Shown here: one piece after another, positions 1 through 9,240 of the stretch
Position numbering within the stretch: position 1 is the first letter of the stretch
How the letters are laid out: each line of letters starts with the position of its first letter
NCBI GenBank assembly: GCA_963803805.1
Contig: CAWDOD010000010.1
Span: 320,001-384,000 of the forward strand
DNA: 64,000 nt
DNA from: an uncultured cyanobacterium
Lineage (GTDB): Bacteria; Cyanobacteriota; Cyanobacteriia; Cyanobacteriales; CAWCAG01
Direction of reading: 5' to 3'
Program-made: the position numbers and the translations under genes
Notes under the pieces: model-generated
Told to the model about the DNA's origin: nothing
Databases searched by the model: none
Seen by the model: only the letters and a program-made list of their open reading frames with translations

Positions 1-2453
1 CAAAAGTATTTGGTATTGAAGGAAATTTACCTTTGGATCAAGAGATTGTGCAACAAAAGTTTCTAGCATTAGCTACAGAGGTAGAAGAGGCTACTAAAAC
101 CAAACAAACTCCAGAACAAATAGCATCAGGCTTTATTACCATTGCCGTAGAAAATATGGCCAATGCCATTAAAAAAATTTCCTTACAACGGGGTTACGAT
201 GTTTCTACCTACACTCTTTGTTGTTTCGGCGGGGCAGGGGGACAACACGCTTGTTTAATCGCTGACACCTTGGGTATCAAACAAGTATTTATTCATCCTT
301 ACGCTGGGGTTTTATCTGCCTATGGCATGGGTTTAGCGGATGTCAGGGTGATTAAGGAAAAGGCGGTAGAAAAACAGTTAAGGGAGGAGTTGAATTTAGA
401 AGATATATTTGCAAAATTAACCACAGAAGCAAAAGCGGAAATCAACACTCCGATAACTATTCTGCGTCGAGTAAAATTAAAATATCAAGACACAGACTCA
501 ACCCTAGAAATCAACTATGCCCCCAGCTTGAAAGCAATGGCAGCAGAATTTGCCCTGCAACATCAGCAACGTTACGGTTTTGTGCAAGCTGAAAAAGCTT
601 TAATCATCGAATCTGTAGCAGTGGAAGCCGTTCAACAAATGGCAACACCAGAAGAAGCAACTATTTCCTCCCATTCCCCAACTCCTCCTTCCCCTATTGC
701 TACAGTGCAAATGTACACTGCCCAACAATGGCATTCTACCCCGGTATTTAAACGAGATGACTTACAGTTAGGAGATTGTATTTCTGGCCCAGCTATGATT
801 ATTGAAGGGACGGGAACGAATATTATTGAACCCGGTTGGCAAGCCAAACTAAACGAACGCAACCACCTAATTTTAACATCCCTAGGGCAAAACGCCTCTC
901 CTTCTAACCAGCAATCAAAGCAATGTGAGCCGCTCAAATTAGAAATATTTAATAATCTTTTTCGGGCGATCGCAGAACAAATGGGCGTAACCTTACAAAA
1001 TACCGCATCTTCAGTTAACATCAAAGAACGTCTCGACTTCTCCTGTGCCATCTTCGATCAAAAAGGACAATTAGTAGCCAATGCCCCCCATATCCCTGTT
1101 CATCTAGGTTCCATGGGGGAAAGTGTAACTGCTTTAATCGGCGATCGCAACATAGATTTGCAACCAGGGGATGTTTATATGCTCAACAACCCCTACAACG
1201 GCGGTACTCATTTACCTGACATCACTGTTATCACCCCTGTCTTTGCCCAAAATAACCAAGAAATCATCTTCTACGTTGCCTCCCGTGGACACCAAGCTGA
1301 CATTGGCGGTATCACCCCTGGTTCCATGCCTCCCCATAGCCAAACTGTCATAGAAGAAGGCATCCTTATTGATAACTTCCCCTTAGTTGCTGCCGGAAAA
1401 TTCAGAGAACAAGCAGTACGGCAACTCCTCACCTCCAGTCAATATCCTGCCCGTAACCCCCAACAAAACATTGCCGATCTCCAAGCACAAATTGCTGCCA
1501 ACGAAAAAGGGGTGCAGGAACTCCACAAAATGGTCACGGACTTTAGCTTAGAAGTAGTTCAAGCTTACATGGGTTATGTCCAAGACAACGCCGCCGAATC
1601 TGTACGTCGTGCCATCGAAGTACTTAAGGATGGAGAGTTTACCTACCCAATGGATAACGGTAGTGAAATTAAAGTCGCCATCACCATCGACAAAGTTAAC
1701 CGACGTGCCAAAATAGATTTTACAGGTACATCACCACAACTTACAAGCAACTTCAATGCCCCTCAAGCTGTTTGCAAAGCTGCCGTCCTTTATGTCTTCC
1801 GCACCTTAGTCAAAGATAATATTCCCCTTAATGCAGGTTGCCTCAAACCCTTGGAAATAATCATCCCTGAAGGATGCCTCCTCAACCCCATTTACCCTGC
1901 TGCTGTAGTAGCTGGGAACGTAGAAACATCCCAATGTATTGTTGACACTTTATACGGTGCATTGGGAGTCATGGCAGCTTCACAGGGGACAATGAATAAC
2001 TTCACCTTCGGAAATGCTCAATACCAATACTACGAAACTATTTGTGGTGGTTCCGGTGCAGGAAAAGACTTTGCCGGCACAGATGCTGTACATACCCACA
2101 TGACTAATTCCCGCTTAAGTGATCCCGAAGTATTAGAATGGCGTTTTCCTGTCCAATTGGAAAGCTTTGCTATTCGCCCAGGAAGTGGTGGCGCAGGAAA
2201 ACATTCCGGTGGTAATGGTATAGTAAGGCGCATCCGTTTCTTAGAACCTATGACAGCAGGTATCCTCTCTGGACATCGGCTAGTACCGCCCTTTGCCATA
2301 GCTGGGGGTAAACCTGGTGCTGTAGGCAAAAACTGGCTGCAACGCCAAGACGGGACTATAGAAGAGTTAGGTGGCACAGCTACAGTAGAAATGTCTATTG
2401 GAGATGTGTTTGTGATTGAAACCCCTGGAGGGGGAGGGTTTGGCTTGAGGTAA
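1..2453 (+). CDS. 5-oxoprolinase (hydantoinase A/B fusion), 5'-truncated by the window edge
   Basis: Frame is open from position 3; motifs FGGAGGQHAC, NIKERLDFSCA, HIPVHLGSM, NNPYNGGTHLPD, ETPGGGGFG. Confidence 0.93.
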   Translation, partial: KVFGIEGNLPLDQEIVQQKFLALATEVEEATKTKQTPEQIASGFITIAVENMANAIKKISLQRGYDVSTYTLCCFGGAGGQHACLIADTLGIKQVFIHPYAGVLSAYGMGLADVRVIKEKAVEKQLREELNLEDIFAKLTTEAKAEINTPITILRRVKLKYQDTDSTLEINYAPSLKAMAAEFALQHQQRYGFVQAEKALIIESVAVEAVQQMATPEEATISSHSPTPPSPIATVQMYTAQQWHSTPVFKRDDLQLGDCISGPAMIIEGTGTNIIEPGWQAKLNERNHLILTSLGQNASPSNQQSKQCEPLKLEIFNNLFRAIAEQMGVTLQNTASSVNIKERLDFSCAIFDQKGQLVANAPHIPVHLGSMGESVTALIGDRNIDLQPGDVYMLNNPYNGGTHLPDITVITPVFAQNNQEIIFYVASRGHQADIGGITPGSMPPHSQTVIEEGILIDNFPLVAAGKFREQAVRQLLTSSQYPARNPQQNIADLQAQIAANEKGVQELHKMVTDFSLEVVQAYMGYVQDNAAESVRRAIEVLKDGEFTYPMDNGSEIKVAITIDKVNRRAKIDFTGTSPQLTSNFNAPQAVCKAAVLYVFRTLVKDNIPLNAGCLKPLEIIIPEGCLLNPIYPAAVVAGNVETSQCIVDTLYGALGVMAASQGTMNNFTFGNAQYQYYETICGGSGAGKDFAGTDAVHTHMTNSRLSDPEVLEWRFPVQLESFAIRPGSGGAGKHSGGNGIVRRIRFLEPMTAGILSGHRLVPPFAIAGGKPGAVGKNWLQRQDGTIEELGGTATVEMSIGDVFVIETPGGGGFGLR

Positions 2454-2597
2454 AAAGCAATTAGTGTTATTTATTCCCCCCATCTCCCCATCTCCCCAAC
2501 CGCTTGGGGTAAGCAGTTTTTCTGCAAACTACAGCCCTTTTGGAATAATTCTTTTATACCTTGAATAGTTGCGATCGCGCTTTCCCTTAATTGCTGA

Positions 2598-3416
2598 TTA
2601 CCTAACCCTCATCCCCATCCCCATCCCCATTGTAGTTTTCCTCCCAATGCCACAGTAGAGGGCAAAGTCTGCTAGAGCATTGATTTGCTTAATCTGCAAG
2701 GGTTCTAAACCCCCAAACAAACGGTAACTTACCTCTCCTACACAACCAATAAACTTACTGCGAGAATCAGCCACAATAGCAGTGTTGATGTTAAAGAAAC
2801 TAGGAAAGATATTTTCTAGAGGCAACTCCGGAAACTCCTGCCCACTATACTTATTCCAACGATTCCGCAAGCTGTTAAACACTGATTCTGGAGAAGGTAA
2901 GGCGGTATCGTACTTGCCCCGGCGAAAAGCGGTAGGAGTAGCGAAGTTTAAAGTGATTTGTTTCGTGCGATCGCACGCCTCCTCATAAAGCTGGCTGTAA
3001 GGACAAGCATTCGCCCAAGGTTGTTCCGGGTGAGGAGTTCCCAGCATACTAGTAATCTTTAAATCCGCAGCCCCCAAATGCCAAGGTTTTTCCGGGTTGA
3101 TATGCAACCAAAGCTGAGTCAAGCGACTAAACATAGCATCATCCAACAAAGAAACCCGCCACCAACAATTAGTACCCGGAGAAATCGCCTTACTGTATTG
3201 AGTTTGCAAGATATTGTTCTCCTTTGTCTTCCTCGCAATTTGCAAGGGAGAAAGAGTAAAAGCTTTACCAGTCTGAGAGTCATGTAAATGCTGCCCCAAT
3301 TCTGTATCTACAGAACTAACTAAGGTAAGAAACAAAGCGTGAAAATGTCTCCCCGTTAGGAATTTGGGGGAAATGGGAGAAAGGGGCAGGAGGTTAAGTA
3401 CTAAACTATAGGGCAT
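2598..3416 (-). CDS. cas6: CRISPR-associated endoribonuclease Cas6
   Basis: MPYSLVLNL start, LHD..K.FTLSPL, F.TPTAFR, C-terminal G-rich loop GIGRKTTMGMG; last gene of the type I-D operon. Confidence 0.93.
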   Translation of the reverse strand: MPYSLVLNLLPLSPISPKFLTGRHFHALFLTLVSSVDTELGQHLHDSQTGKAFTLSPLQIARKTKENNILQTQYSKAISPGTNCWWRVSLLDDAMFSRLTQLWLHINPEKPWHLGAADLKITSMLGTPHPEQPWANACPYSQLYEEACDRTKQITLNFATPTAFRRGKYDTALPSPESVFNSLRNRWNKYSGQEFPELPLENIFPSFFNINTAIVADSRSKFIGCVGEVSYRLFGGLEPLQIKQINALADFALYCGIGRKTTMGMGMGMRVR

Positions 3417-3434
3417 GGTTTAATGAAAGGGTAG

Positions 3435-4157
3435 TTAATCAACTTGAAAACGGTACTCCATACGGGCAGGAATTTTTAACCCTTGCAATTCTTTAGGGGC
3501 ATTTTGCCAGTAATAATATTCTCCTTCCATTTGTACATTACGAATTAAACTTACCGGAGGCATATTAACCACATCGTAGCTAATTACTTTGTGGGTAAAC
3601 ATAACATCCAAAGGATTTAAAGGATGGGGAAAAGTAAAGCTACCTGCTTTTATTTGTGGTGGTGGTAGTTGTTTTATTTTCACCTCGGCTTTACTCATCC
3701 ATTTTCCTAAGCGTATCCAACGGGGAAGCCTTAGAGGTTTTTGGGAGATAATAAAAAACTCAAATAAACTCTCCGGGGCAATTTCTTTAGCCCTACCAAA
3801 GCTGGGAATATTCTTTTGAGTTTTCTGCATTTCGACATGGTAATTGTTGTTAGCATACTTCCAAGTATTGAGAATAGAACTGTGAGCAGTTGTACGGGCA
3901 GGAGTTAGATAAATACCTTGTGTGTTAAGGGAAGTTAAATGTTCCTCATATTTAGGTACTTGTTCAGGACAGAAGTAACGGTAACTATGCTCTTCAGTAA
4001 CATTAGTTGAGTGGGTTAAGCTATCAACTAAACCTAAAGCATAATTAAGGGCATAGTTATGTAAAATTGGTTCTGTTTCATAAAGTCTGCCAATTTCACG
4101 GGTGACGAAGTAAAGACTATCGTGTAACTCTAATTGGGCGCGATAGATAAGAGTCAT
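3435..4157 (-). CDS. cas5: Type I-D Cas5 (Csc1)
   Basis: LELHDSLYF.TREIGRLYETE, HNYAL.YALGL, LPRWIRLGKWMSKA; lies between cas7 and cas6. Confidence 0.9.
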   Translation of the reverse strand: MTLIYRAQLELHDSLYFVTREIGRLYETEPILHNYALNYALGLVDSLTHSTNVTEEHSYRYFCPEQVPKYEEHLTSLNTQGIYLTPARTTAHSSILNTWKYANNNYHVEMQKTQKNIPSFGRAKEIAPESLFEFFIISQKPLRLPRWIRLGKWMSKAEVKIKQLPPPQIKAGSFTFPHPLNPLDVMFTHKVISYDVVNMPPVSLIRNVQMEGEYYYWQNAPKELQGLKIPARMEYRFQVD

Positions 4158-4238
4158 GGTAATACTGAATCTGGTTTAAATAACCACTTGTTGGTAAAAG
4201 TAAGAGAACAGGAAGCAAACTACAAAATTGTCAGTTTT

Positions 4239-4270
4239 GGTGTGTTAGGGAAGTGCTAACAACACCCTAC
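4239..4270 (-). repeat. Degenerate REP (GTAG-tailed palindrome) in the cas7-cas5 spacer
   Basis: Minus strand GTAGGGTGTTGTTAGCACTTCCCTAACACACC; arms resemble the RAYT-adjacent REPs. Confidence 0.6.
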
Positions 4271-4280
4271 AAATTAGATA

Positions 4281-5300
4281 CTATTTGGCTTTTGCTGTGG
4301 TTTTTTTCTTACCTTTGCCCTTAATATGTTCTTCGGCATAAGCTTTAGCTTCAGCATCAGCTTGTTGCAAAATTTGGATGATTCCTGTTTCTGTTTTGGT
4401 TAAAGCTTTTACTTCATTTAATAAGGGAGTAAAGTTTTCCCCTAAGAAATCTTCATGGACAATAAATTCATCTGCCATTAATTGTTCCATTGCACTTTTA
4501 GCCGCAGCAATAACTTCATCTTCGTTTAAAGGATCGAGGGATTCAAGTTTATTTTCTGCTTGTAAGTTGTCATAAATAGCTTGAGTCCAACGTAAATTAC
4601 TAACAATTTCTCCATCAGCAAATATGACACCAATTAATTCATTCCTAACTCTTCCTGTACGGGTAGTTTGTGCGCCATAATGACGAGTTCTGAGGATATT
4701 ATTAAACACATACAAAAAACTCGCTTCCGTGGGGTCTTTTAAGGTGACAATACTCGGAAAAAAGACTTGAGGTTTAATATGATCTTGCTGGTTAATTCTG
4801 CTGGTTACTTCCCCTGGTTTTGAGTTATTTTCTCCTTTAGAGGTCATAGTACCATTTTCAAAGGGAGCATTGAGGGTAAAAGTTTCGTGGGATTCGTCAA
4901 AAGCTGTAATAGAAAAGGCAGTATCAACCACAACTTTAGATTTTTCTGAACCAGAATCACCAATGGCAAAACCATAGATAATACAGTCGGGGTTATCCAT
5001 AGCAAATTTAACATTGTATTCACAATCTTCGGCGGTCATAAATTCATATTTTCGCAGTAATTCCCTACCTACTAAACGTTCTGGAGTAGATTGTTTGCGC
5101 TTAAACATAGAAAGGCGACTAATTGTCTTGTTAGCAGCAATTCCTGCCCTCACTCTTGCTTTATTTAATTCACTATCAGTTTGAAAGAGAGGATAAGATT
5201 CTGTAACTCTGACGGTAATAAAGTGGACATATTTACCCATTGGTTTGTAGGGTATTTCTGTGTGAAAGTTTTTAGAATTGACGGTTGTTAATAAAGCCAT
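4281..5300 (-). CDS. cas7: Type I-D Cas7 (Csc2) backbone subunit
   Basis: FKRKQSTPERLVGRELLR, PDCIIYGFAIGDSGSEKSKV, YGAQTTRTGRVRN. Confidence 0.92.
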   Translation of the reverse strand: MALLTTVNSKNFHTEIPYKPMGKYVHFITVRVTESYPLFQTDSELNKARVRAGIAANKTISRLSMFKRKQSTPERLVGRELLRKYEFMTAEDCEYNVKFAMDNPDCIIYGFAIGDSGSEKSKVVVDTAFSITAFDESHETFTLNAPFENGTMTSKGENNSKPGEVTSRINQQDHIKPQVFFPSIVTLKDPTEASFLYVFNNILRTRHYGAQTTRTGRVRNELIGVIFADGEIVSNLRWTQAIYDNLQAENKLESLDPLNEDEVIAAAKSAMEQLMADEFIVHEDFLGENFTPLLNEVKALTKTETGIIQILQQADAEAKAYAEEHIKGKGKKKTTAKAK

Positions 5301-5336
5301 AATGAATCTCCTTGTAAGTTAATAATTTGGCTAAAG

Positions 5337-5367
5337 GTAGGTTGGATTAGCGGTAGCTTAACCCAAC
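5337..5367 (+). repeat. Degenerate REP in the cas10d-cas7 spacer
   Basis: GTAG-GTTGGATTA-GCGGTAGC-TTAACCCAAC: GTAG tail plus imperfect palindrome. Confidence 0.6.
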
Positions 5368-5404
5368 ACTTATTAAATCTGTAGCGGACAATTTGAAGTA
5401 ATTT

Positions 5405-5863
5405 TTATTCTTCTTCGTTAACCTGATTAGTTTTAGAAAAATTCTCTTTATCATCTTCAAGGCGATAAAGAAACTCGCAGGTATCTTTAATCAGATTCAA
5501 TTGCCTCCCTGCTAACCTGGCGCGATCGCCGGCAAATGCTTTCTCAAAAACATCCACTACAAAGTAACGGGCAAAGTCTAAAACTGCTTGCCTTTCTTCT
5601 TCCCTATGCTTAAAAATCCAACGCCCTTCTGCGGTGGAAGCATGAACCCGATCCATTAGTTTGAATACTTCAGCAGCAACAGCATTAACTAAGGTTTCCC
5701 CTTGAAAGATACTAGATTCGGCTTTTAAAATTGTTTCAGCCGCAATATCTATCGGTTTAAGAACAGCATTTGATTTGGGGTTATAACGTTTGTTTGCACG
5801 GTAAAACTTACGGTAAAGTTCGGTAAGTTTTTGAGGATGATTTAAACTTGATTGGGTTTGCAA
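5405..5863 (-). CDS. cas11d: Putative Cas11d small subunit, internally translated in frame within cas10d (152 aa, TTG start)
   Basis: Minus strand AAGGAG (5875-5870), 6-nt spacer, then in-frame TTG at 5863 preceding QTQSSLNHPQKLTELYRKFYRA. Confidence 0.7.
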   Translation of the reverse strand: MQTQSSLNHPQKLTELYRKFYRANKRYNPKSNAVLKPIDIAAETILKAESSIFQGETLVNAVAAEVFKLMDRVHASTAEGRWIFKHREEERQAVLDFARYFVVDVFEKAFAGDRARLAGRQLNLIKDTCEFLYRLEDDKENFSKTNQVNEEE

Positions 5864-8824
5864 TTGCCACTCCTTAGATTCAAAATTATAAACGGCATAA
5901 GGCTCAAAACAAGGGTAAAAATGGTAAGCATAGAGACGTATTTTAGAAATCCTCGCTGTTTCCACCTTTTGCCTCCGTACCCAACGATTTAAGTAGCTAA
6001 AAACATACAAAGGACTAGTTTCTAAATCTTTAGATAATTCGGTTAATCTGCCCCAGTTAGAGTCATAACCAGACTTGCCTTGTTTAGCATTAACATCAAG
6101 ATGAATTGCATAGGCAGCAGTTAAAACATTGAGGGGGGCAGAATAATTTCTTTCTTCTTCTTGCCAACCTTCAAGGATATAATCTAAGCGGAAGCGATCG
6201 CGCTTTGTTAAAACTCGAAAAGCTTGGGGGGCGCTATCAAGAAATACTGTTTCTTCAAACTCCGCACCATCGTTAAAAGGAGGAATAGGAGACTCGGAAA
6301 CTACAGTTTTGACATCCAAAATCATCGGGAAAGCAAAAGCTAACCAAGTTGGCATTACCCAAGATTCGGTATCGGTGGCATCTTTACCCGGTGGTAAAGC
6401 CATAAAATAAAAGGTGAGGGGTTGATCTTCTGGGTAGGAAAGTTTAAAAGTTCGGTCTTTTTTATAGTTAGGGTCATCTGTAGATAAAGTCGTTTTTTGT
6501 GGTAAGTTTTCTTCTATCAAAAATGTATCTACTCTTTGATAGTTATCCCGTGCGAAATCAGCCTCCATATGTTCATTAATAAAGTGATTGCGAATATTAG
6601 TATTAAAGCGAGTTTGGGCAATATTGCTATAAGCTTTTTGCAAAAACTTATTAGTTTCTGGAGTAAAGTAATAGGTAGGATAAAAATAAAGATAACGATA
6701 TTTTCCATCCTCAAAACGTTTACCTACTGCCTGGGTTTGATTCATAAGAATTTGTCGTAACATCATTTCTATCCCCGCAATACTAGAGATGTTACGTTTG
6801 GCATTGGAACCACCCAACATTTGCTTATTTGTATAAACTTGAGGGGTAAAAAGTACCGCAGATTCCATTTGTTCTTTGACGGTGTAAGGAGAGTGGGAAA
6901 GTGAACAAATTAACTGTCTTCCTCTGCCTGATTTTTTAGCTAATTGATAATTATTTAACTCCTCAAAGAACACTTCTGCACTATCAATATTTACTTGTTC
7001 TTCTTCTGGTAACATGACTACTCGTTTTACCCAAAGGCGTAAATCATCCCAACCATCATTTAATTTATAGGAAGAAAGCAACGGATTAATAATCTCAGCA
7101 AAATATTCAATTAATTTCTCACAAGTTTCCCGTACATCTTCAATCCCAGGATGATGTTGCAGATACTTTGCAGCCAGGAAATACCATTCATAGGGTACAC
7201 CACCCGTATTACCTTTTAACTTTAGTTCCTTCAAACTTTCATTAATACGTTGAATTTCCCGAATTAGAGGTAAATATTCTGCTAATTGCCAAAACTTAGC
7301 AGCTTCATGGATTAAATCAATCTCTGGTAAAGGAGGTAAGTTTTTATCTTTCTTCCTCTCCTTTTCAATCTTCTTCGCTTGTTCCCCCCAAATCTTACGA
7401 CTAGCCACATCCCCAAACTCAGCTATTTGATCAATGCGGATGTCATCACCAAAGTTAAAGTCATAGTCGGCAGAGAGGACATCCTTTTGCTGAAACTTAA
7501 CCAGATTGTCGCTACGACTTTGGGCAACAGAACTCTTGCTAGGATTGAGGATGCGTAAAGTTGCCCTTAAGCCTACTTGCATCAATCCTACAGTGTTAAA
7601 AAACTGTTCGTAATACTCAGCATATTTCATCCCCTTACCATCCCTACCAAACCCTGTCTGACTAGTCATTAGCCTGTCGGCGCAAAGTTTTTTGATGTTG
7701 GCAATAACTCTTTCTGGTAACTCTGCGGTGTTGAGAGGAGGGGCTTGACGGTGTGCCAGGTAGATTACCCCTGTGGGAAGATAAAGTAGGGGTTCGTAGT
7801 AAGTGCAATCCTCAGTATTTAAGCTAGTATGTGCCTGAATGATGGCATTGTTAACTACATTGGTTAACACTCCTCTATTTTCAGAAATGCTATGGTAACT
7901 AAACTTGAGTTGCCCATCACTCAAACTATGGAGAAGACTTTGCAAAGTAGAATGTTTTGCATCCTGGGGATGTTTAATAACCGAAGCAAGTAAGTCAGCA
8001 AGGGTAGTCAAATCTGATAAACAAACTAAATTGCGATCGCGCAGTTTCGGTTGTAAACCATATTCAGATAAGTTGAGGTTAGTATCGTTACGCCGTTGGG
8101 CGTTATAAGCAACATAAAGTAAGTCATCCCGGTAGTCATACCACTCCTCTTCTTCTTGCTGTAAATGGGCAGGAAGAATAAATTTATCGATTCCTAACTC
8201 GGTAACGATAACATCAAAAACTTCTCGATGTTCCTCTATAGATAGTTTGCGAATATCTTGGTCAAAATCTGCTCTTATTTCCCTATATTTAGCAGGCATA
8301 AAAGGAAACAAGCGATAATCAAATTTCTCAAAGTCATGGAAAATAAAACCCGCAATAACTAATCTTCTCTCTCTTTCTTTAACTACTCTTTTCACCGTAC
8401 TATTTAAATCTTGTAATCGCCTTTCAATTAAGTTAGCCGGAAACAAACCATTAAGAAGATGAGTATTTAAAGATTGATCACCTGCATTATCCCGACGGAC
8501 ATTTTCTCTCCCTCTGCGGCTGTCTAAAGTATCAAAAAACTTCCCTCCTTTAGCGGTAACACCGATAGCAACCCTTAATAAATTAGGTAAAAGATATTCA
8601 GCAAAATCTCTCATTACCTCATCCTCTTGATTTTGAGAGATAATTGCTTGTTTTAAAAGTTTAAGGGTAAGTAACTCTTGTTGTGGTGGAGAAACAGTAC
8701 GTTCTGATGTTTGGAAGTAATCTTCGTCTTCATCGGGAGTTAACCAATCATCATCTATTTCTTCTTCTAATGGTAATAATAACTGTTCGGTTTCTTCTAG
8801 GGAAGGTTTCTTTTTTTTAGCCAT
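5405..8824 (-). CDS. cas10d: Type I-D Cas10d (Csc3) large subunit with N-terminal HD nuclease
   Basis: DQSLNTHLLNGL and FHDFEK (HD motif), GKGMKYA, PQVYTNKQ. The start is more likely MAKKKK at 8824, because the ORF-track extension to 8887 runs into a REP. Confidence 0.92.
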   Translation of the reverse strand: MAKKKKPSLEETEQLLLPLEEEIDDDWLTPDEDEDYFQTSERTVSPPQQELLTLKLLKQAIISQNQEDEVMRDFAEYLLPNLLRVAIGVTAKGGKFFDTLDSRRGRENVRRDNAGDQSLNTHLLNGLFPANLIERRLQDLNSTVKRVVKERERRLVIAGFIFHDFEKFDYRLFPFMPAKYREIRADFDQDIRKLSIEEHREVFDVIVTELGIDKFILPAHLQQEEEEWYDYRDDLLYVAYNAQRRNDTNLNLSEYGLQPKLRDRNLVCLSDLTTLADLLASVIKHPQDAKHSTLQSLLHSLSDGQLKFSYHSISENRGVLTNVVNNAIIQAHTSLNTEDCTYYEPLLYLPTGVIYLAHRQAPPLNTAELPERVIANIKKLCADRLMTSQTGFGRDGKGMKYAEYYEQFFNTVGLMQVGLRATLRILNPSKSSVAQSRSDNLVKFQQKDVLSADYDFNFGDDIRIDQIAEFGDVASRKIWGEQAKKIEKERKKDKNLPPLPEIDLIHEAAKFWQLAEYLPLIREIQRINESLKELKLKGNTGGVPYEWYFLAAKYLQHHPGIEDVRETCEKLIEYFAEIINPLLSSYKLNDGWDDLRLWVKRVVMLPEEEQVNIDSAEVFFEELNNYQLAKKSGRGRQLICSLSHSPYTVKEQMESAVLFTPQVYTNKQMLGGSNAKRNISSIAGIEMMLRQILMNQTQAVGKRFEDGKYRYLYFYPTYYFTPETNKFLQKAYSNIAQTRFNTNIRNHFINEHMEADFARDNYQRVDTFLIEENLPQKTTLSTDDPNYKKDRTFKLSYPEDQPLTFYFMALPPGKDATDTESWVMPTWLAFAFPMILDVKTVVSESPIPPFNDGAEFEETVFLDSAPQAFRVLTKRDRFRLDYILEGWQEEERNYSAPLNVLTAAYAIHLDVNAKQGKSGYDSNWGRLTELSKDLETSPLYVFSYLNRWVRRQKVETARISKIRLYAYHFYPCFEPYAVYNFESKEWQLQTQSSLNHPQKLTELYRKFYRANKRYNPKSNAVLKPIDIAAETILKAESSIFQGETLVNAVAAEVFKLMDRVHASTAEGRWIFKHREEERQAVLDFARYFVVDVFEKAFAGDRARLAGRQLNLIKDTCEFLYRLEDDKENFSKTNQVNEEE

Positions 8825-8851
8825 GATTCGCTTGATAAAAAGTAATATTTT

Positions 8852-9021
8852 GTAGGGTGGGTTAGGCGGGTTTAAATATATCTGCATCTCCTAGCAATCT
8901 ATGTCCGCCGTAACCCACCGCATTTGATGTTTATTGCATATTAATTTATTGGTGGGTTACGGCACGAATTAAAGGTTATTTGTTTGTAGTGGAAATTATC
9001 TCTGTGCCTAACCCACCCTAC
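8852..9021. mobile_element. REPIN (two inverted long-loop REPs) in the cas3-cas10d spacer
   Basis: GTAGGGTGGGTTAGGCGG..CCGCCGTAACCCACC, spacer, GGTGGGTTACGGCAC..GTGCCTAACCCACCCTAC; same architecture as 23243-23405. Confidence 0.85.
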
Positions 9022-9240
9022 GGAAGATGATATTTTTTTTCCATATAAAGTTAGTCATTAATTTATCTCCAAATTTGGAAGAAGAGAGAGGAAAGCTTGT
9101 TTACAGTAAACTGTTCTAGGTTTGTTCTTTAAGTTGTAACTTAACCAACCATCTGCTTGATTTTTTTAGCTTTAGGGGGTGAAGATTACCTACGTTTTAA
9201 CTTACTACCGAAAGCTGGAGTTAAGTAGCTTTCCTACTCT

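Noticed and set aside
2454-2597. Possible mini-array or leader downstream of cas6
   Set aside because: Only CCCCATCT simple repeats and a HIP1 site are present; no pair of 30-37 bp repeats was seen.
2608-2631. (CCCCAT)3 repeat at the cas6 3' end as a phase-variation tract
   Set aside because: It is an in-frame hexamer encoding the GMGMG loop; copy changes would not shift the frame.
8825-8887. N-terminal extension of Cas10d in the ORF track
   Set aside because: It is read through REP sequence; MAKKKK at 8824 is the more plausible start.
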